Positions 18,178 through 21,476 of a DNA stretch of 21,476 nt are shown piece after piece. The position numbers were made by a program, and so were the translations under genes. The stretch lies in the NCBI GenBank assembly GCA_038208905.1, contig JBBQYG010000058.1:1-21476 (forward strand), read 5' to 3'. Position 1 is the first letter of the stretch; every line of letters begins with the position of its first letter. The DNA is from Candidatus Sumerlaeia bacterium. Its GTDB lineage: Bacteria; Sumerlaeota; Sumerlaeia; SLMS01. The notes beneath the pieces are model-generated. The model had not been told where the DNA came from, searched no databases, and saw nothing but the letters and a program-made list of their open reading frames with translations.

Positions 18178-18951
18178 TTATTGGGCGTCGCGCTTCGAGC
18201 CCTGGATGGTCACGCCCAGTCCGCCGTCCACGCGCACATACTGGCCCGTCATGAAGGAGGCGTACTCGCTGCACAGCCACAGAATCCACGCGGCGATCTC
18301 CCCGGGCTGGGCGATGCGCTGCGTCAGGTGCATCAGGTCGCACTCGCGGCGCACGGCGGCGGGATCGGGAGAGAGCTGCATCGCCGATTCGAACATCGGC
18401 GTGTCCACGCTTCCCGGGCAAATGGCAACCGACCGGATCAGCGGCTTGTAGTCCACCGCGATGCTCCGCGTCAGGCCCAGCATCGCCGTCTTGGAGGTCG
18501 TGTAGGGTGCCACGTTCTCCTGGCTCACAAAGGCCTGCACGCTGGAGACGTTGACCACCACGCCACCGCCGCGCCTCTGCATGTGGGGGATGCAGTGCTT
18601 GGCGCAGAGGAAGGCGCTCTTCAGGTTCACGTTCATCACCAGGTCCCACTCCTCCTCGGTGGTGTCGGTCACCTTGCTATAGCGCTGGATGCCCACGCTG
18701 TTGACCAGGATATCGATACCGCCCATTGCCTTCGCCGCCGATGTCACCGCGTCGATCACAGGGGCCTCCCTCGAGACATCGCAGGACCAAAAGTGACCTC
18801 CGATGCGCCGGGCCACGTCGGCCCCCGCCGGGTCCACGTCGGCGATGGAGACCTCCGCGCCGGCCTGGCGAAATGCCTCGGCAGTGGCGCCGCCAATTCC
18901 CTTCGCGCCACCGGTCACAAACACGCACTTCCCGCTGAAGTCCAACCGCAT
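18178..18951 (-). CDS. SDR oxidoreductase, aldohexose dehydrogenase (AldT)-like
   Basis: 'TGGAKGIG', 'VSSVQAF', 'YTTSKTAMLGLTRSIAVDY.P.IRSVAICPGSVDTP' matches my recollection of the Thermoplasma aldose dehydrogenase subfamily; AGGGGA RBS upstream. Confidence 0.85.
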   Translation of the reverse strand: MRLDFSGKCVFVTGGAKGIGGATAEAFRQAGAEVSIADVDPAGADVARRIGGHFWSCDVSREAPVIDAVTSAAKAMGGIDILVNSVGIQRYSKVTDTTEEEWDLVMNVNLKSAFLCAKHCIPHMQRRGGGVVVNVSSVQAFVSQENVAPYTTSKTAMLGLTRSIAVDYKPLIRSVAICPGSVDTPMFESAMQLSPDPAAVRRECDLMHLTQRIAQPGEIAAWILWLCSEYASFMTGQYVRVDGGLGVTIQGSKRDAQ

Positions 18952-18996
18952 CTGCTTCCCCCTTGCGGCGTTTGCCGCCACTATGTAGCACCGACC

Positions 18997-19035
18997 GTGC
19001 ATACACATTGACGTGCTCCTTTGGACCCGTCAATG
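18997..19035. promoter_or_regulatory. Second operator-like copy GTGCATACACATTGAC plus inverted repeat CATTGACG-N14-CGTCAATG in the divergent intergenic region
   Basis: 15/16 identity to 12175-12190 (GTGCATGCACATTGAC); lies between divergent starts 18951(-) and 19089(+). Confidence 0.6.
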
Positions 19036-19088
19036 CGATTTCGCCGGTCCAACCCCAGATTCACCAACGCCCAGGAGTCCCGACCACC

Positions 19089-19940
19089 ATGAAGCTCGTC
19101 CGCCACGGCGACCCCGGCCAGGAGAAGCCCGGCATCCTCGACGACGCGGGCCGCCGCCTCGATCTCTCTGCCGAGTTCACCGACTGGAACCACGAATTCT
19201 TTTATTCCGGCGGCATGGCGCGCCTGCGCCGGTTGCTCGACCGCCAGCGCGCCCTCCCCACGGTGGCCGACGGCGTCCGCTGGGCCGCGCCGATCGCCCG
19301 CCCGGGGATGCTGATGTGCATCGGGCTCAACTATTCCGACCACGCGCGGGAGTCCGGCATGGCGATCCCCACGGAGCCGATCCTCTTCCAAAAGGCCACC
19401 AACACCGTCGTTGGGCCCTATGACGACGTGTTGATTCCCCGACTGAGCCAGAAGACTGACTGGGAGGTGGAACTGGGAATCGTGATCGGCGCCGATGCCC
19501 TGTATCTGGATTCGCCGGAGCTGGCGCTGAACCACATCGCGGGGTACACCATCGTCCACGACGTGTCGGAGCGCGAGTTCCAGCTCGAGCGCGGCGGGCA
19601 GTGGACCAAGGGGAAGTCCTGCCCGACGTTCTCCCCCGTGGGGCCGTGGCTTGCCACGCCAGACGAGGTCGGCGACCCCCAGGCCCTCGACCTCGCCCTG
19701 TCGGTCAACGGCGTCCGCCGTCAGACAGGCAATACGCGGACGATGATCTTCTCCTGCGCCCATGTCGTCCACTATCTGTCCCAGTTCATGCGGCTGGAGG
19801 CCGGCGACCTGATCGCAACCGGCACCCCGCCGGGGGTGGGTCTGGGCATGAAGCCACCCGTCTATCTGGTGCCGGGGGACGAGGTGGAACTGTCGGTTCA
19901 GGGCCTGGGCACCCAGCGCCAGGTCTTTCGCAGCGCCTGA
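19089..19940 (+). CDS. Fumarylacetoacetate hydrolase family protein (candidate 2,4-diketo-3-deoxy sugar-acid hydrolase)
   Basis: 'MKLVRHG.PGQEKPG', 'CIGLNYSDHARE', 'EPILFQKA', 'KTDWEVELG', 'DVSEREFQ..RGGQWTKGKS', 'GDLIATGTPPGVG'; AGGAG RBS at 19073. Confidence 0.93.
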   Translation: MKLVRHGDPGQEKPGILDDAGRRLDLSAEFTDWNHEFFYSGGMARLRRLLDRQRALPTVADGVRWAAPIARPGMLMCIGLNYSDHARESGMAIPTEPILFQKATNTVVGPYDDVLIPRLSQKTDWEVELGIVIGADALYLDSPELALNHIAGYTIVHDVSEREFQLERGGQWTKGKSCPTFSPVGPWLATPDEVGDPQALDLALSVNGVRRQTGNTRTMIFSCAHVVHYLSQFMRLEAGDLIATGTPPGVGLGMKPPVYLVPGDEVELSVQGLGTQRQVFRSA

Positions 19941-20079
19941 CTATTCCGATTCCGGGAGCCGGACGGGGCACCGCAATTGAGTGGACGAAGTATTTCGGCG
20001 ACCTCGGCGGCGTCGGGATATGCCCAGGCATCAGAGGGGCCCGGACCGCGATTGACGATACCCCCGCCGTCGTCGCTCC

Positions 20080-21099
20080 ATGGGAAACGACATTCCAACC
20101 CGTGGCCAACTCCGTCATCATGCCGGGCATCGACGATCAGAGCAGGAGGGATCAGGGCCACGGGTTCACGGTGGCTTCGGGATTCTCGCTGGGCTTCGTC
20201 GATGCGTCCCGCGCGGGCGAGTCGGCGGGGGCGGCGTCGGCGGCGGCCCGTATATACTGAGGCGGTTGATCGGCGAGGGCGGCCAAGGCGAGGTGTGGGA
20301 AGCGTGGCAGACGTCGCTGGGTCGGGCGATGGAGATGAAGCGCGTATCGGGATCGCGGTGGGACGAGTTGATCCGCAGGGAAAGCGCGGGCGACGCACCC
20401 GCCCACGACTATCTGGCGCGACACTTGGCGATCCTGCGCGGGGTGTGCCACGCGGTGGCCCATGCCCACACGCGGGGAATCGTGCATCTGGACCTGAAGC
20501 CATCGCAGGTCATCGTGGGCGAGTTTGGCGAGGTGTTCCTGATGGACTGGGGAATCGCCGCGCGGCTGGTTCCCGCGCCGGGGCGGGGCCGCGCGGTGGC
20601 GGATATACGCGGGCCGCTGGGGACGCCGGGGTACATGGCTCCGGAGCAGGCCACCGGCGACTCCGGTGCCATCGGCGTGGCGACGGATGTCTATCTCCTG
20701 GGCGCGACGGCCTACCACATCGCGACAGGGCGCGCCCCCCACGCTGGAGACAATCTCGCCGGCACGATGGACAACGCACGCCTGAACCGAGTGGCGCCGC
20801 TGGGAAACGCAGTGCCCTCGCGGCTGGCGCTGATCGTGGAGCGGGCGATGGCACACTCCCCCGCCGCGCGATTCGCCTCGGCGGAGGAGTTCCGTCTGGC
20901 GGTGGAAGCTTTCCTGGGTGAAGCGAGCCACGAGCGCGAGGCCCACGCCATCATGGCGGAGTGCGAGGCGCGATGCCCGGCTATTCCAGCGTGTGGCTGC
21001 ACGAACTCGAGCCGCCCACGTGGCGCATCGCGCGGTCGGCATACCACGCGGCCGGAATCGTGCGCGCGGTATCCATCTCCGCCGATGCGAAACGCCTGA
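20080..21099 (+). pseudogene. Hanks-type Ser/Thr protein kinase, apparently degraded (N-lobe internal deletion, probable frameshifts)
   Basis: 'IGEGGQGEVW', 'HLDLKPSQV', 'MDWGIA', 'GTPGYMAPEQ', 'TDVYLLG', 'RFASAEEF' present; alphaC and HPNIV segments absent; both ORF ends read as off-frame sequence. Confidence 0.7.
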
Positions 21100-21344
21100 C
21101 GACGCTGACCGATACGATGGCTCAGACGCGCGAAATGGAGTGGTTCGGCGTGGAGGAATCCTTTCGCATCGATTCGCGCGGTATCGCCGCCCACGCATTC
21201 GTTCCCGGCGGCATGGTGACCTGTGGACCCGATGGCGGGTTTGGCGAATGGCAGATTGGGCTGGAACCACAGGAGCGAGTCATCGCGATCTATCCCGACC
21301 GGATTACCTCGCTGGACGTCGCGCGGGACGCCGACGCGGAATAG
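20961..21344 (+). pseudogene. Short beta-propeller/WD40-like fragment, probably the frameshifted remnant of the kinase C-terminus
   Basis: 'IVRAVSISADAKRL', 'AHAFVPGGMVTCGPDG..GEW', 'DRITSLDVA' resemble WD40 strands; overlaps the kinase ORF end in another frame. Confidence 0.4.
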
Positions 21345-21381
21345 CCCATGAGAGCCTTGCCGCTTGGCAGCCTCACGACGG

Positions 21382-21419
21382 CCATCGCGCCCTCCGCTCG
21401 GAATCGGAGGGCGCGATGG
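21382..21419. terminator. Perfect 15-bp GC-rich stem-loop (terminator-like or REP-like)
   Basis: CCATCGCGCCCTCCG (21382-21396), 8-nt loop, CGGAGGGCGCGATGG (21405-21419); intergenic; no adjacent U-tract. Confidence 0.5.
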
Positions 21420-21476
21420 GGGGACCGGATTTTGGCATGCCCCAATTCGCCGTTCGCGCAGCCTTTAACGCAGGAG

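Noticed and set aside
18965-18978. Small hairpin GCGGC-N4-GCCGC upstream of the SDR RBS
   Set aside because: A 5-bp GC stem is expected by chance at this base composition
5137-20258. Recurrent GTATATAC palindromes (near 5137, 10277, 15206, 20251)
   Set aside because: All lie inside coding sequence as Tyr-Ile codons; no shared flanks or intergenic placement
21431-21450. TTGGCATG...TTCGC resembling a sigma54 -24/-12 promoter
   Set aside because: GG-to-GC spacing is 13 nt rather than the required 10
1-21476. CRISPR arrays, tRNA/rRNA genes, transposases, integrases and defence systems
   Set aside because: No regularly spaced repeats, RNA-gene signatures or relevant protein motifs seen

Overview
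GC-rich bacterial carbohydrate-utilisation locus. A tightly coupled + strand operon (<1-10883) encodes a sugar ABC transporter (binding-protein C-terminus and two permeases), four paralogous DUF5005/DUF4185-like beta-propeller putative glycosidases (two with signal peptides, two without), an apolipoprotein N-acyltransferase and a sialate O-acetylesterase-family enzyme. Next come an AraR-type GntR/LacI hybrid regulator, a six-hairpin glycosidase and a DUF4432 aldose-epimerase-like gene. A convergent - strand operon (AldT-like aldose dehydrogenase, SMP-30 lactonase, UxuA-family dehydratase, keto-deoxy-sugar-acid dehydrogenase-like SDR) and a divergent FAH-family hydrolase together look like a complete non-phosphorylative 'diketo-hydrolase' sugar oxidation route. 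A shared palindromic motif (AATGTGCATGCACATT and GTGCATACACATT, each running into TTGAC) occurs in two intergenic regions. The window ends with a degraded Ser/Thr kinase gene and a strong hairpin. Family calls come from motif recognition by eye, not database searches; substrates are inferred.
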